NCBI GenBank assembly: GCA_000165345.1
Contig: CM000434.1
Location: 576,001-640,000, forward strand
Direction: 5' to 3'
Length of the DNA: 64,000 bases
The first letter of the stretch is position 1. Each line of letters opens with the position of its first letter. The position numbers and the translations under genes are program-made. Of this stretch, positions 29,218 through 39,168 are shown in pieces. Below the pieces are notes generated by a model. It had not been told where the DNA came from. It did no database searches and worked only from the letters and a program-made list of their open reading frames with translations.

Positions 29218-31296
29218 ATGAAAGATAACATCATGTCCGAGAATGACTCAGGCCATATTTCAACAGAAAATCTGTTAAATAATAATAACCAGGAAAAGGA
29301 TTTGTCAATAGACGATAATAATGTTGCAAATACGCCATCAGATGATTTTGGACATAAAGAAGAGGTTACTCAGGATTCTAGTCCAGTATCGCTAAATTCA
29401 TCGCCAATGCAAGAGCATAAAAGTGAGGTTGAGGATATAAAGGGAGAAATTGCTCAAACAGAAAAGTTTGATGAGTCGGTTTCCACTGAAACAAATGATG
29501 CAAAACAAGAAAATTTGGATGAAGTTAAGGAAGATAATACCACAGAAGGTAACCCTATGCAAGATGAGACCAATGATTCAAATATAGAGTTACAATGTGC
29601 TAATAATTCACTAGCTAAGGGAGAGTCCGCTCCATCTAATTCAGAGGAACATTCTGGTTCTATTAATATGCCAGAATTATCGCTTCCATATAAGCTCTGG
29701 ATTGACGCAAAGAGCAGAGACTGGATACTTGAATGGCAGACAAAGAATGGAAGATGGAGTGTTAGGAAGTTTAGTTGTAAGCGTTGGGGAAAAGGAAAAG
29801 CTTATTCTCATGCAATGAATTTCTTGGCATCATTGACTTCTTGTGGAATCATAAAGGATTCTAATTATAATCAGCAATTAGGAGATTCTAATGAATACTC
29901 AGCTGAATCTGTAAACCATGTAAACAGATCTGTTGAGGATGAACTTGTACTGCAATTCCTTTCCCAGCGTGATGCAGTTGCTAATGCAGAAAAACAAAAG
30001 AACGGATTCGGATCGAATTCTGGGTTGAATACACTAGCAGCTATCGCAGCTGCAGCTGCAGCTGCAGCCATTGCTTCAACTCCAACTAAGTCTCAGGCTC
30101 CAACTAAAGATCATGCTTCTTCTCAATCAACAGCCACACCTCAACCACAAGTTAGAGGTGCAGTCAGAAAGAGTGGTGTGCCTGGAGTCTATTGGAGCCA
30201 GAAGCCTCAAGGATGGAGAGTTGTTTACTACACCGGTAAAGATCGTGAGTTCGAATATTTCAAGGTTCCAGCGAACGCCTCAGAGGAAATAATCAGTGAA
30301 ATTCTGGAAGTAGCTAAGCGATTCAGATCTCAAGTTACTGCAGAAGGCCGTCACTTACCAAATGGTGCAGTAGGCTCCAGTTCAAAGAGAGCAAGAATGG
30401 CAGAAAGAAAAGCAGCTGCAGCTGCAGCAGCAGCTGCTGCTGCTGCTGCATCAGCTGCTCCTGACGCACCCAGACATTTACTTCAATCAAGAACTAATCA
30501 CTTCCCTGAGGAAGGACTCACAGATTATTTAAGGAATCCATCTGATATCACCTCAAAGAGTCTTTTAGAAACCGATCCCTTATCACAATTTTCATCCAAG
30601 TTTAGCCCAGCAAATATTGCAGGATTACAGAATCCGACAGGAGCTATGTCGCCAGGTCCTTATGAATGGCTCTATAATCCTTTATTAATGAACTTATATG
30701 GTAACTATTCTGCTGCAAGCCAGGCAGCTGCAATGCAGCAGTGGGCAATGTTTCAAAATTCCTTTTCTCAAAATGGCGGAATGCTTCCCTCAGCTATTCC
30801 AGGGCAAGTTGATACCTCCACTCCTCAAGCTAACCCAATGTTAAATTCCTTTTTGTCAAACCCATTCATGAATCCGTTTGGGTTACAAGTACCACCAATA
30901 CTAGGACAAAATGCAAACTTGATAGCTCAGATGCCTCAAGTTTCTACAATGAATCCAGCTTCACAAATGAACATGAATATGTTTGGTCGTTATTATGGAA
31001 TGACCCTTCCGCAAGGCCAAACCAACCACTCGCCAGCAGTATCTCCTATAGGTCAAAATGCCAATCCCGCATCTTCAGCTCCTTCACAACCTGATTCTGC
31101 GATGTGGTTTAATCAGCTTAATTCCGCACAGCAGTTAATGCCTAATCATGATCAACTAGTGCAACAACCAGCAACTTCGGACTCTTTTAACACATCTCGA
31201 GCAGATGAAGACACCTCCCTTATTAGCGAGACCACAAGCAAACAAACAGAAAATCTGCTCGAAGTCTCATCGAGCAGCAACAAGACATCCAGCTAA
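29218..31296 (+). CDS. ApiAP2 transcription factor with two AP2 domains and poly-Ala tracts
   Basis: 692-aa ORF. AP2-like domain 1: YKLWIDAKSRDWILEWQTKNGRWSVRKFSCKRWGKGKAYSHAMNFLASL. AP2 domain 2: SGVPGVYWSQKPQGWRVVYYTGKDREFEYFKVPANASEEIISEILEVAKRFR. Two poly-Ala runs are encoded by (GCW)n at about 30037-30075 and 30412-30459. The tail is Q/N/P/M-rich. Confidence 0.75.
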   Translation: MKDNIMSENDSGHISTENLLNNNNQEKDLSIDDNNVANTPSDDFGHKEEVTQDSSPVSLNSSPMQEHKSEVEDIKGEIAQTEKFDESVSTETNDAKQENLDEVKEDNTTEGNPMQDETNDSNIELQCANNSLAKGESAPSNSEEHSGSINMPELSLPYKLWIDAKSRDWILEWQTKNGRWSVRKFSCKRWGKGKAYSHAMNFLASLTSCGIIKDSNYNQQLGDSNEYSAESVNHVNRSVEDELVLQFLSQRDAVANAEKQKNGFGSNSGLNTLAAIAAAAAAAAIASTPTKSQAPTKDHASSQSTATPQPQVRGAVRKSGVPGVYWSQKPQGWRVVYYTGKDREFEYFKVPANASEEIISEILEVAKRFRSQVTAEGRHLPNGAVGSSSKRARMAERKAAAAAAAAAAAAASAAPDAPRHLLQSRTNHFPEEGLTDYLRNPSDITSKSLLETDPLSQFSSKFSPANIAGLQNPTGAMSPGPYEWLYNPLLMNLYGNYSAASQAAAMQQWAMFQNSFSQNGGMLPSAIPGQVDTSTPQANPMLNSFLSNPFMNPFGLQVPPILGQNANLIAQMPQVSTMNPASQMNMNMFGRYYGMTLPQGQTNHSPAVSPIGQNANPASSAPSQPDSAMWFNQLNSAQQLMPNHDQLVQQPATSDSFNTSRADEDTSLISETTSKQTENLLEVSSSSNKTSS
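30037..30459 (+). repeat. Two (GCA/GCT)n trinucleotide microsatellites encoding poly-Ala inside the ApiAP2 gene
   Basis: gcagctatcgcagctgcagctgcagctgcagcc at ~30037-30075 and gcagctgcagctgcagcagcagctgctgctgctgctgca at ~30412-30459. These are GC-rich simple repeats in an otherwise AT-rich gene. Confidence 0.8.
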
Positions 31297-31742
31297 TGTA
31301 AAAAAGTCTCTAAAGTTTTTCAGGTTCTTATTTTTCTTGCCTCGAGCTAAATCTTCCAGGCAAGATTTTCTAGCTTACGCTTTATTTTTTTTCTTATGTA
31401 TCTTATGTTCCAATGAAAGCGAATTTGAACAATTAAAAAAAACAGGTTTGTCGCACTAATATTGTTATTCAAGGTTATTAATACCCGTCGCATCATGTTT
31501 TAGAGTATTCACTTATTGGCCAAAATGAGTGTTTTTTGACAGTTATTATCTAAATTGTCAGGCATGTATGCAATAATCCTTTAGATTGATTTATTAATTA
31601 ATAAATTAATAAATACAAGTAGTCGTTATTATAAATACCTAAATCAACTTTGTATTTAGATATCACTCTAATTCAGTTTTAGTTGAGTTTAACTTCTCTC
31701 GTAATACCTTTGGTGACTCTTAATTGTTGTTAAATCTCGATA

Positions 31743-32417
31743 TTATGAGTCTGAGAACTCTGTGGAGAATATTTCCGAAATTACTTTGGCCTTTATAGGG
31801 CCGATCCCCTGAATCTTTGAAAGCTCTTCTTCGGAAGCATTCACCACCTTTGAAATCGATCCAAAATGCTTTAAAAGATTCTCTGAGTCCGTCTTGTTAA
31901 TCCTTGGTAAGGAGCTCAAGGCGTCCCTGATTCTGGAAAACAAGTCTAACGAAAGCCCTCCCCTAATGATTTCGCTTGAAGAGTTTTCATGAGATTTTAA
32001 AGTTTCTAAAATATGGCCAGCTTCTTTTGGACTCCAAGCAAGAAACAGAGTCATATTTAAGTCAAAACAAATATCAGTAACTTCCAAAATAGCCGCATCA
32101 ATCGCACCAGAAGGAGGAATATCCACCAGACATAATAAAATTCTGACTTTATAGTTCTTCTGCAAGGATTCGATCCTCTTCCTCAAATATTGGTTGTGAA
32201 GCTTGTGATATTTTATGCTAATAAAAACCACAGCATCATACTTACCAACAAGAAAGTCTGGTACAATATTCTGAAAATCGTAAGGGACATTACACACATG
32301 AGCAAGTATTGGATTTCCTCTTTGTCTAGTACTGGCTATTATCATTTCCCCTGCCTTGTCATCAAAAAACTTAGGCTGGGATTCCTTCTTTACAATATCT
32401 TCTTCTTGGCTTGACAT
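31743..32417 (-). CDS. ERCC1: ERCC1/Rad10 nucleotide-excision-repair endonuclease non-catalytic subunit
   Basis: 224-aa ORF. RQRGNPILAHVCNVPYDFQNIVPDFLVGKYDAVVFISIKYHKLHNQYLRKRIESLQKNYKVRILLCLVDI...LAWSPKEAGHILETLK matches the ERCC1 central domain. The C-terminal HhH2 region is INKTDSENLLKHFGSISKVVNASEEELSKIQGIGPIKAKVI. Confidence 0.8.
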   Translation of the reverse strand: MSSQEEDIVKKESQPKFFDDKAGEMIIASTRQRGNPILAHVCNVPYDFQNIVPDFLVGKYDAVVFISIKYHKLHNQYLRKRIESLQKNYKVRILLCLVDIPPSGAIDAAILEVTDICFDLNMTLFLAWSPKEAGHILETLKSHENSSSEIIRGGLSLDLFSRIRDALSSLPRINKTDSENLLKHFGSISKVVNASEEELSKIQGIGPIKAKVISEIFSTEFSDS

Positions 32418-33175
32418 GATTAAACTCTTCCAAATAAAATAGACCCTAAAAATGCTTTTGTCAGATTAACACAAGTTAAAAATGAATAACTGTCCAACAA
32501 CCATATAGATATATATTTTCTAGACAAAGATATATAATTTTGCAAACTTTCGGTTCAGATTTTGCATGTAAAGTTTGCACTGACTACTTTTGAATTAAAG
32601 AAGAAAATTGAAATATAATTGCAATCAACTTAATTTGCATTATAATTGTAAGCTCCTGCTAGAGAAGTTGTTTCTTCTTATTACTAATAGCAATTTTCTT
32701 TAATATAAAAAAAAAAAAAAGAAATTTAAAAACTATTATCTTTAACTGTGGGTAAATATTTACTTAATCATATTCAAAACCGCCAAAACTTTTGAATGTA
32801 AAAGTTCCAATCGGATATTTCAGAAACTAGAGTAATTTTTCTCACTCTAATTTCTCCGGATTTTTTATTAAAAAGTTTTACAGGAAAAAAATATTTATTT
32901 AATTGTTGCCCCTACATGTTTTGCTCGACAACTTTTTTACTGTACACAATTAAATGTCTCCAAGGCGCAAAAAGCCCTGGCCCAAATAAATTAAAATATA
33001 AGAAATCGACAGCGTGTACGTCTGGGTATCCTGGGTAAATAATTTTTAAATTATATTTATTGTACATCAAGCCACAATTAAATGTAAAGGACTCCCCCTC
33101 GCTTGAGAGTGTGATTGTACATTTAGAGGATTTTAACTGTTATATATACTTTGTGGAAATCATATACCTATAAGA

Positions 33176-33928
33176 ATGTCAATGGAAGGTGCAAAATTGG
33201 TGAGAGTGCATCCAGAAAAGGCTCTCGAGTTTCCGCTTGTGTTGTACAGCTCTGTGACAACTCCTCTTATTTTGGAGAATATTACATCTTCGACAGTAGC
33301 ATTTAAGATTAAGACTACAGCTCCAAGAGGTTATTTAGTACGTCCGAGCAGTGGGTTGATTCAAGCAGGCCAATCAAAGGAGATTCAGGTAATCCTGCAG
33401 CCTTTGCAATCAGTTGAACAAGCTTCTCCTTCTCACAGGTTCTTGATCCAAACTACAGCATGTGACAGTTCTGTTGAACAGCTTACTAAGGATTTCTGGC
33501 AGGACCTCAGCAAGGAACAACTCTTCGAACACAGATTATCAGTCATTTTTAAACAGGAAAACATGGGTGTGAATGAACCTCTCTCATCAAGCGCAGTTGG
33601 AACCTCGTCAAATGCATCTCAGGGAGTTCCAACATCTCTTATTTCTTCAGCAGCTGGATCTTCATCCAGTAATACTGCTCAGGCAGGTTCAATGGACTCA
33701 GAGTTTAAAAACAAATATGACGAGCTTGTTCAATATTGTCTGGCTTTAGAGAAGCAGAGCAATGAGCTTAAGGAGGAGGTGGTTTCTTTGAGAGAAAAAC
33801 TGGACAAATCTGAGTCTAAGCTCAAGTCCTCAAACCAGGGTAACATCGCACAAGGGTTTGAGTTCTGGCATATAATTGCTATGATTATTGTTGCAATTGT
33901 TGCCTTGAAACTAATCAACTACTTCTAA
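33176..33928 (+). CDS. VAMP-associated protein (VAP/Scs2-like): MSP domain + coiled coil + C-terminal TM anchor
   Basis: 250-aa ORF. MSP domain: LEFPLVLYSSVTTPLILENITSSTVAFKIKTTAPRGYLVRPSSGLIQAGQSKEIQVILQP. Coiled coil: KYDELVQYCLALEKQSNELKEEVVSLREKLD. C-terminal TM: FWHIIAMIIVAIVALKLINYF. Confidence 0.8.
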   Translation: MSMEGAKLVRVHPEKALEFPLVLYSSVTTPLILENITSSTVAFKIKTTAPRGYLVRPSSGLIQAGQSKEIQVILQPLQSVEQASPSHRFLIQTTACDSSVEQLTKDFWQDLSKEQLFEHRLSVIFKQENMGVNEPLSSSAVGTSSNASQGVPTSLISSAAGSSSSNTAQAGSMDSEFKNKYDELVQYCLALEKQSNELKEEVVSLREKLDKSESKLKSSNQGNIAQGFEFWHIIAMIIVAIVALKLINYF

Positions 33929-34338
33929 TCAGTTTTTATATTAGTATACGGGGTCATTATGGGCTTCCTAATGTCAGTCTTAGTCAAATTATTAACTAGA
34001 ATCATCAAATATAGAATAGCTCATTTTGTCTAAATATTTATTTTAACCACATTAATATTTTGTTTTTTTTCTAATCTGCATTTTTTGATTCGATTGGCTT
34101 TTTACACGAGAATTCTAATCGAATTACCAAATTGAGTTTGTTCCAAGAAAATTTGATTTTTATTATTATTTCTAATTGAAAATTGGTTATAATAAATTTT
34201 ATGGAAAAATTTAAATTGAAAGTTTTTCAGTATTTTTGTCAGAAACCGCTGCCAAAAATAAATGGTCATATTTTTTGAATTTCTTTGAGCTTAACTGAGT
34301 ATTCAAAGAAAATATCAAAAGTTTGCAAATGTTAAATT

Positions 34339-37300
34339 ATGAAAAAAAAAGATGAAAAAGAGTTTGTTCCAAGCTGTGGGCATTGCCAAAACTATTTTCT
34401 TTACAAGAGAATAAGATCAATTATAGGAAAAGGTGAAAAGATAAATTTGACAAACTTATTTGAATTTAATTCATCTTCTAGCCAACCAAATGAATCTAAT
34501 CATAACATAGGAGGAAGACTTGTTTATACCAAAAATGGTAACTTTCTATTTCTCCAAGAGAATATTATGAATAAAAGTTCAAATCCAAGATTTGTTTTGA
34601 TACCATGCGAAATTTCTGGGAAATTTAGGTCAAACATAATGCTTAAATGTTGTGAGACAGAATTTTCATTTGTTTCTTGTTGGATAATCATAAGAAATTG
34701 GGCAATTGTGAAAATGAAGACTGGAGAGCCAAGTGCTCCTTTAAGAAGCATCCTGCTTAATAGGCATTTAAACCCCTCTAAGTTTCAGGACGAAAGTACA
34801 ACCTTTAAAGTCTTAAGAAAGAGGCTTTTATGTTTCAGTGCATCAACAGCTTTTTGGATACCATATACTTTTTCTAATGAAGAACATATAGTAAATGGGC
34901 TAAAGGGTATTCAAATTACAGGAATAATTACTCATATATCTACCGTGGTAATGCATAAGGGAAACAATAATATGAGCTCAACAAGTATGATAGTCAATGA
35001 TGAAAAAGCATCAATGATAAGTGGCTCTGAAACAAGTGACTCAGAAGAAATACAATTAAACTCACAGATTAATAAGTTTGGTATAGATGAGATTCTGAGA
35101 CCATCCGAAAATTCAGTGTGTGAATTAAGTTTTTCAATTGTAATAAAATCAATATCAAATAATCAAGAATTTGTAATTTTCTTCCCTGGAGTAAATCTCT
35201 CAATAAATAGATTTGTCCTGGAATGGAGGAATATTTACAGATTTGAAAATGTGATTGCAGGATCTGTATCAATTCATAACTTTGGAGAATCATCAAGAGA
35301 GAAAAAGTGTCTAATAGCTAATAAATGTACGTCAATAGTTGCAGAACCCGTAACTGAAGATATCTCAAGAACAATCTCCGAAACTCCTAAGTTAATTCAA
35401 ATTGAGAAAGTACTTGGATTTGGTGTATATGAAATAAAAACCGACAAAATACCTATTAAACTCTTTCTCCAAAATTCAAATATTCATGAGACATCATTAG
35501 GATGCTCAATTTCAAAAGGTTCAATTTTATGGGTTAGAAATTTTCGTGTAATTACCAAAGAATTTGGAGATCGTTCGCTTCCAATAGGGATTTCAATAGA
35601 ACCTTCATCTGACTGGGGACTAGAAAGACATTCTAAATTCGCATTAGAAAAAGTAACTGCCTTAAAAAAGACAATATGGGAAAACTTACCATTACATATT
35701 CAAACGATCGGTCACGAGTATTTGGAATTTAATGATTTTAATTCAGAAATCCATAACAATCCAGAGATTGTTTTCCATCATCCATGGGATATCAGAAACC
35801 TTTGCTATTTACATTATAGTCTTTATGTAGATTTGTTCAATTTAGTTAGAACTTCAGCAGATAAATCTCAAGTTCTTCCAATATTGCTAGTTCAGATTAT
35901 TTCAAACCAAAAAAGTGGCTCGCCAATTTCAGTTTCCAAGGATTTTGAAATCAAATATCCAGATGGGACAACAACTCCCCAAAATTCTTGCTCGCTCATT
36001 TGTAGTAACTGCTTGCATTTCCAAAATAATATTACTCATCCCAGCCAAACAGTTGAACTTAAATCAAAAGATTCACAACAGTGTCCAATATCTTGCACAG
36101 ATACATTGTTTGGACTCTGGAAAATTGCCTCGATTGAAGAATGGGTAGATTTGATTAAAAGCCTTGAAGTATCACAAAAACTTAGCTTAGGAAATTCATT
36201 TTCCTCTAATATTACTTTATATATTGAATATTTGTATTATATCAGAGGCGATGTCAGAAAACTACCTATATATCAAAAAAATCAAAAGAATGATAAAACT
36301 AGTGATGTCTCGAATAATGTTAATAGCCTCAGATGTTCGTTTATTGCAGAGGAAAGCTTTCCTGTATATATAGGTTCTTTTGGCCATTTTCTAGCTGAAG
36401 TTATCATGGAAAAGGCTTTTGAATCAAATGCTTGGATCTCAAATGTGTATTTCATCAAGACACCTTCCTTATATGACTCAAAAAATAACTATTATCCACT
36501 ATTTATTGATTGTAATTCAGAAGTAAATTTTTTATTCAATTCAAACTGCTCAAAATATTCTTTTGAAAAAAAATTTGTATTTATCAAGAAAGCAATGTTA
36601 AGATTATACAATCAAAGGATTTCGTTTTTTGTCAAAATTTCAGATATTGTATGTATTAATTTTGAAAATTGTTTCCTTAAACCTCCAATTTCACAAGGAA
36701 TTCTTTCAGGAAATCAAATAAGAGGAATTTTATTATTTATTTGCGATAAAGAAATTCAAAGCTCAGTTGAAGGATGCAAGCAGTATTTACATTGTCTCCC
36801 ATTTTTTAAAACATATTCAAAACTTTCTAAATTAGGAATTCAATTTGATAAGAATGAAATAATTGAATCTCAAATAGAAAAGTTTCAAGTACCTCCTAAT
36901 TGGTATTCATTCACAAGTGTTTCAAGGTTTGTGTTAATTCTAGATAGACCAATTTTACAAAATTCTGAAGTTTTGCTATCTGAAATTCAGGAAAAAGAAT
37001 TTTTTGAAGCCATTAATACATTTGATATTGAAAAGATTGAATATTTAATAATTAAAGAACTTGTTTTTCCATCCCAGTTTTCTTCAGATGCTATGAATTT
37101 TGACAAAACTAAATCATATATAGAAATAAAGCTATTGGGTAACAATAACGAATCTATATTATGGCCTGAATGCTTAAAATCCCCATTTTCCTATAAATTT
37201 GAAACCAATATTCAAGCTAATCAGGGTTCCTATACTGTATTTGATATTAAACATTGGACCGAATACTTATTTGAATGGCAGGTTCTTTCAAGGAGAAGTT

Positions 37301-39168
37301 CTATCATTTATAGATCCACAAAGGTTGCTAGGAATGAAATAATTAATTTTTTTACTAGCTTTTATCAGCAAATTTCTCTCGAATATGATAATGATTCAGA
37401 AATACAAATTTCTTTAGAAAGTGTAAAAATACTTGATATTATTCACTTCGTTGGACTCAATCCAAACAATAAGTATGGACGTTGGTCAATTATAAGAGTA
37501 ACTACAGATCTAAGTACTAAATTTAAGCCTGGAACTACAAATCTTCAGAGTATTTATTTGATTGCAGATCCTCCTTGGAACTCAGGATGGATTGACATTT
37601 GGTTCTCCGAGGAAGACGCTTTAACACATGATATTAAATTACTTCTCCCAGGGGAAACAGCATCTTTTACGAATATTAGAGTTGAAAAATTGGTCAATTC
37701 TTTCCCTCCTCTTTCTCCAGTTTCTGATATTATGATTTCTGTTTTAGATGAGTCTTTTGAATTTCCAGGACAAGATAAATCTATTTACTTTAATATGTAT
37801 GATCAATCTCAAACAAAATTGGAAAAGACAACATTTTCTGACTTTAATCAGGCTCAAACTGAAAGGAAAAAAACTGGAAACACTTTAAGTATTTTCAATA
37901 ATGGAGCAATTATCTTTAGAACATCAATTCAAAACGCAATGATCAAAAGAGATAAAGCTCAAATATATTCAAGTAGTCAAAATTTTAACAATCCTGGAAA
38001 AGATTTATTTTTTTCATATCTTTATTTTTCCCCCACCTCAATTTCAGATGTTGTCTCATATTATCATTTTGATCCAGGATATCAAGAATATATTCAGAAA
38101 GTCCATTGGAAAACATGTGATCCATGGATTGACAAATTTTTAATTTTGAATGGACCCAAAAAAATTGAAAAAGAACCTAATGACAACAAAAAGGATGAAT
38201 CTAACAAACTTGTAAATTCTTTCTCACAATCTAAAAACCTTAACAACTCTCATCAGATCTTTAATATTCATAAAATTCCAAATCCATATATTCTTGCCCC
38301 AGATGGAGCTCCAATTACTCGAAATTTTTTGTCTCTTATGAAAACCAATCATACATGTTTTATTGCCTTTAATAGAGCATACTGTATTGACACCGAAATA
38401 TCTACAGATATTTCTCAGATTAACTTTAATCCTAGTTTCAGCCCAATACTAAACTTTGATGAATTCAAAAGCATAGATCCAGATTTAGTGTTTTCGCTCA
38501 AAAGTTCAATATTGCATATTCAGAAAATCAGTTTAAGCTGGTTTTGTCTTAATTGTCTTCAGACAATTGTAGGAGACTCAGTTTGTCTTTGTGGAGTGGA
38601 TATTGGAAAATCATCTCTTTGGAAATCTCTTGCAATTTATTTAATTGGAGCTTTGGAGATAGAAACAACAGATTCAATGCCCAAGATACTTCCCTTTACC
38701 ATGTCAAACTGGAACGTGATCAAACTTCTTGCTTATGTAGATAAAATCGGTGATCAAGAGATAGAATCAAAAATCTTATACAATCGCATTATTGAACTTG
38801 CTGATATCATTTGGAATCACATGGAAGGTTTAAATAACTCTTTAGGAATTCAAACAATATACTCTTTTGGAAAAGCCCCAACAAATTGTGAATTTCTGAG
38901 TTCTATGGAAGATAATTCAGAAGAATGTAAGCCTGTTGGGATAATTGGACAAGTACAGTTGTTTGATAGAGATAAAGCTCTTAATATACCTACTGACCCT
39001 ATTTCTAATTTGGAAATGGAAGTATGTCTAAGATGTGTCCAATCTTCAAATAAAAATACGCTTTCATACATTTATTTACACGTAATTAGATGGAAGGTCA
39101 GAAACACCAAGTTAGAACTAGAAGAAAAACTCAAAAATATTAATTTTCAATTTGATCTTGAAATTTAG
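34339..39168 (+). CDS. Large (1609 aa) hypothetical protein, Cys-containing, no recognised domain
   Basis: Single uninterrupted ORF with an ATG start. Ordinary, non-low-complexity composition suggests a folded multi-domain protein. Its TAG stop at 39166-39168 overlaps the TAA stop of the convergent transporter gene. Confidence 0.5.
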   Translation: MKKKDEKEFVPSCGHCQNYFLYKRIRSIIGKGEKINLTNLFEFNSSSSQPNESNHNIGGRLVYTKNGNFLFLQENIMNKSSNPRFVLIPCEISGKFRSNIMLKCCETEFSFVSCWIIIRNWAIVKMKTGEPSAPLRSILLNRHLNPSKFQDESTTFKVLRKRLLCFSASTAFWIPYTFSNEEHIVNGLKGIQITGIITHISTVVMHKGNNNMSSTSMIVNDEKASMISGSETSDSEEIQLNSQINKFGIDEILRPSENSVCELSFSIVIKSISNNQEFVIFFPGVNLSINRFVLEWRNIYRFENVIAGSVSIHNFGESSREKKCLIANKCTSIVAEPVTEDISRTISETPKLIQIEKVLGFGVYEIKTDKIPIKLFLQNSNIHETSLGCSISKGSILWVRNFRVITKEFGDRSLPIGISIEPSSDWGLERHSKFALEKVTALKKTIWENLPLHIQTIGHEYLEFNDFNSEIHNNPEIVFHHPWDIRNLCYLHYSLYVDLFNLVRTSADKSQVLPILLVQIISNQKSGSPISVSKDFEIKYPDGTTTPQNSCSLICSNCLHFQNNITHPSQTVELKSKDSQQCPISCTDTLFGLWKIASIEEWVDLIKSLEVSQKLSLGNSFSSNITLYIEYLYYIRGDVRKLPIYQKNQKNDKTSDVSNNVNSLRCSFIAEESFPVYIGSFGHFLAEVIMEKAFESNAWISNVYFIKTPSLYDSKNNYYPLFIDCNSEVNFLFNSNCSKYSFEKKFVFIKKAMLRLYNQRISFFVKISDIVCINFENCFLKPPISQGILSGNQIRGILLFICDKEIQSSVEGCKQYLHCLPFFKTYSKLSKLGIQFDKNEIIESQIEKFQVPPNWYSFTSVSRFVLILDRPILQNSEVLLSEIQEKEFFEAINTFDIEKIEYLIIKELVFPSQFSSDAMNFDKTKSYIEIKLLGNNNESILWPECLKSPFSYKFETNIQANQGSYTVFDIKHWTEYLFEWQVLSRRSSIIYRSTKVARNEIINFFTSFYQQISLEYDNDSEIQISLESVKILDIIHFVGLNPNNKYGRWSIIRVTTDLSTKFKPGTTNLQSIYLIADPPWNSGWIDIWFSEEDALTHDIKLLLPGETASFTNIRVEKLVNSFPPLSPVSDIMISVLDESFEFPGQDKSIYFNMYDQSQTKLEKTTFSDFNQAQTERKKTGNTLSIFNNGAIIFRTSIQNAMIKRDKAQIYSSSQNFNNPGKDLFFSYLYFSPTSISDVVSYYHFDPGYQEYIQKVHWKTCDPWIDKFLILNGPKKIEKEPNDNKKDESNKLVNSFSQSKNLNNSHQIFNIHKIPNPYILAPDGAPITRNFLSLMKTNHTCFIAFNRAYCIDTEISTDISQINFNPSFSPILNFDEFKSIDPDLVFSLKSSILHIQKISLSWFCLNCLQTIVGDSVCLCGVDIGKSSLWKSLAIYLIGALEIETTDSMPKILPFTMSNWNVIKLLAYVDKIGDQEIESKILYNRIIELADIIWNHMEGLNNSLGIQTIYSFGKAPTNCEFLSSMEDNSEECKPVGIIGQVQLFDRDKALNIPTDPISNLEMEVCLRCVQSSNKNTLSYIYLHVIRWKVRNTKLELEEKLKNINFQFDLEI

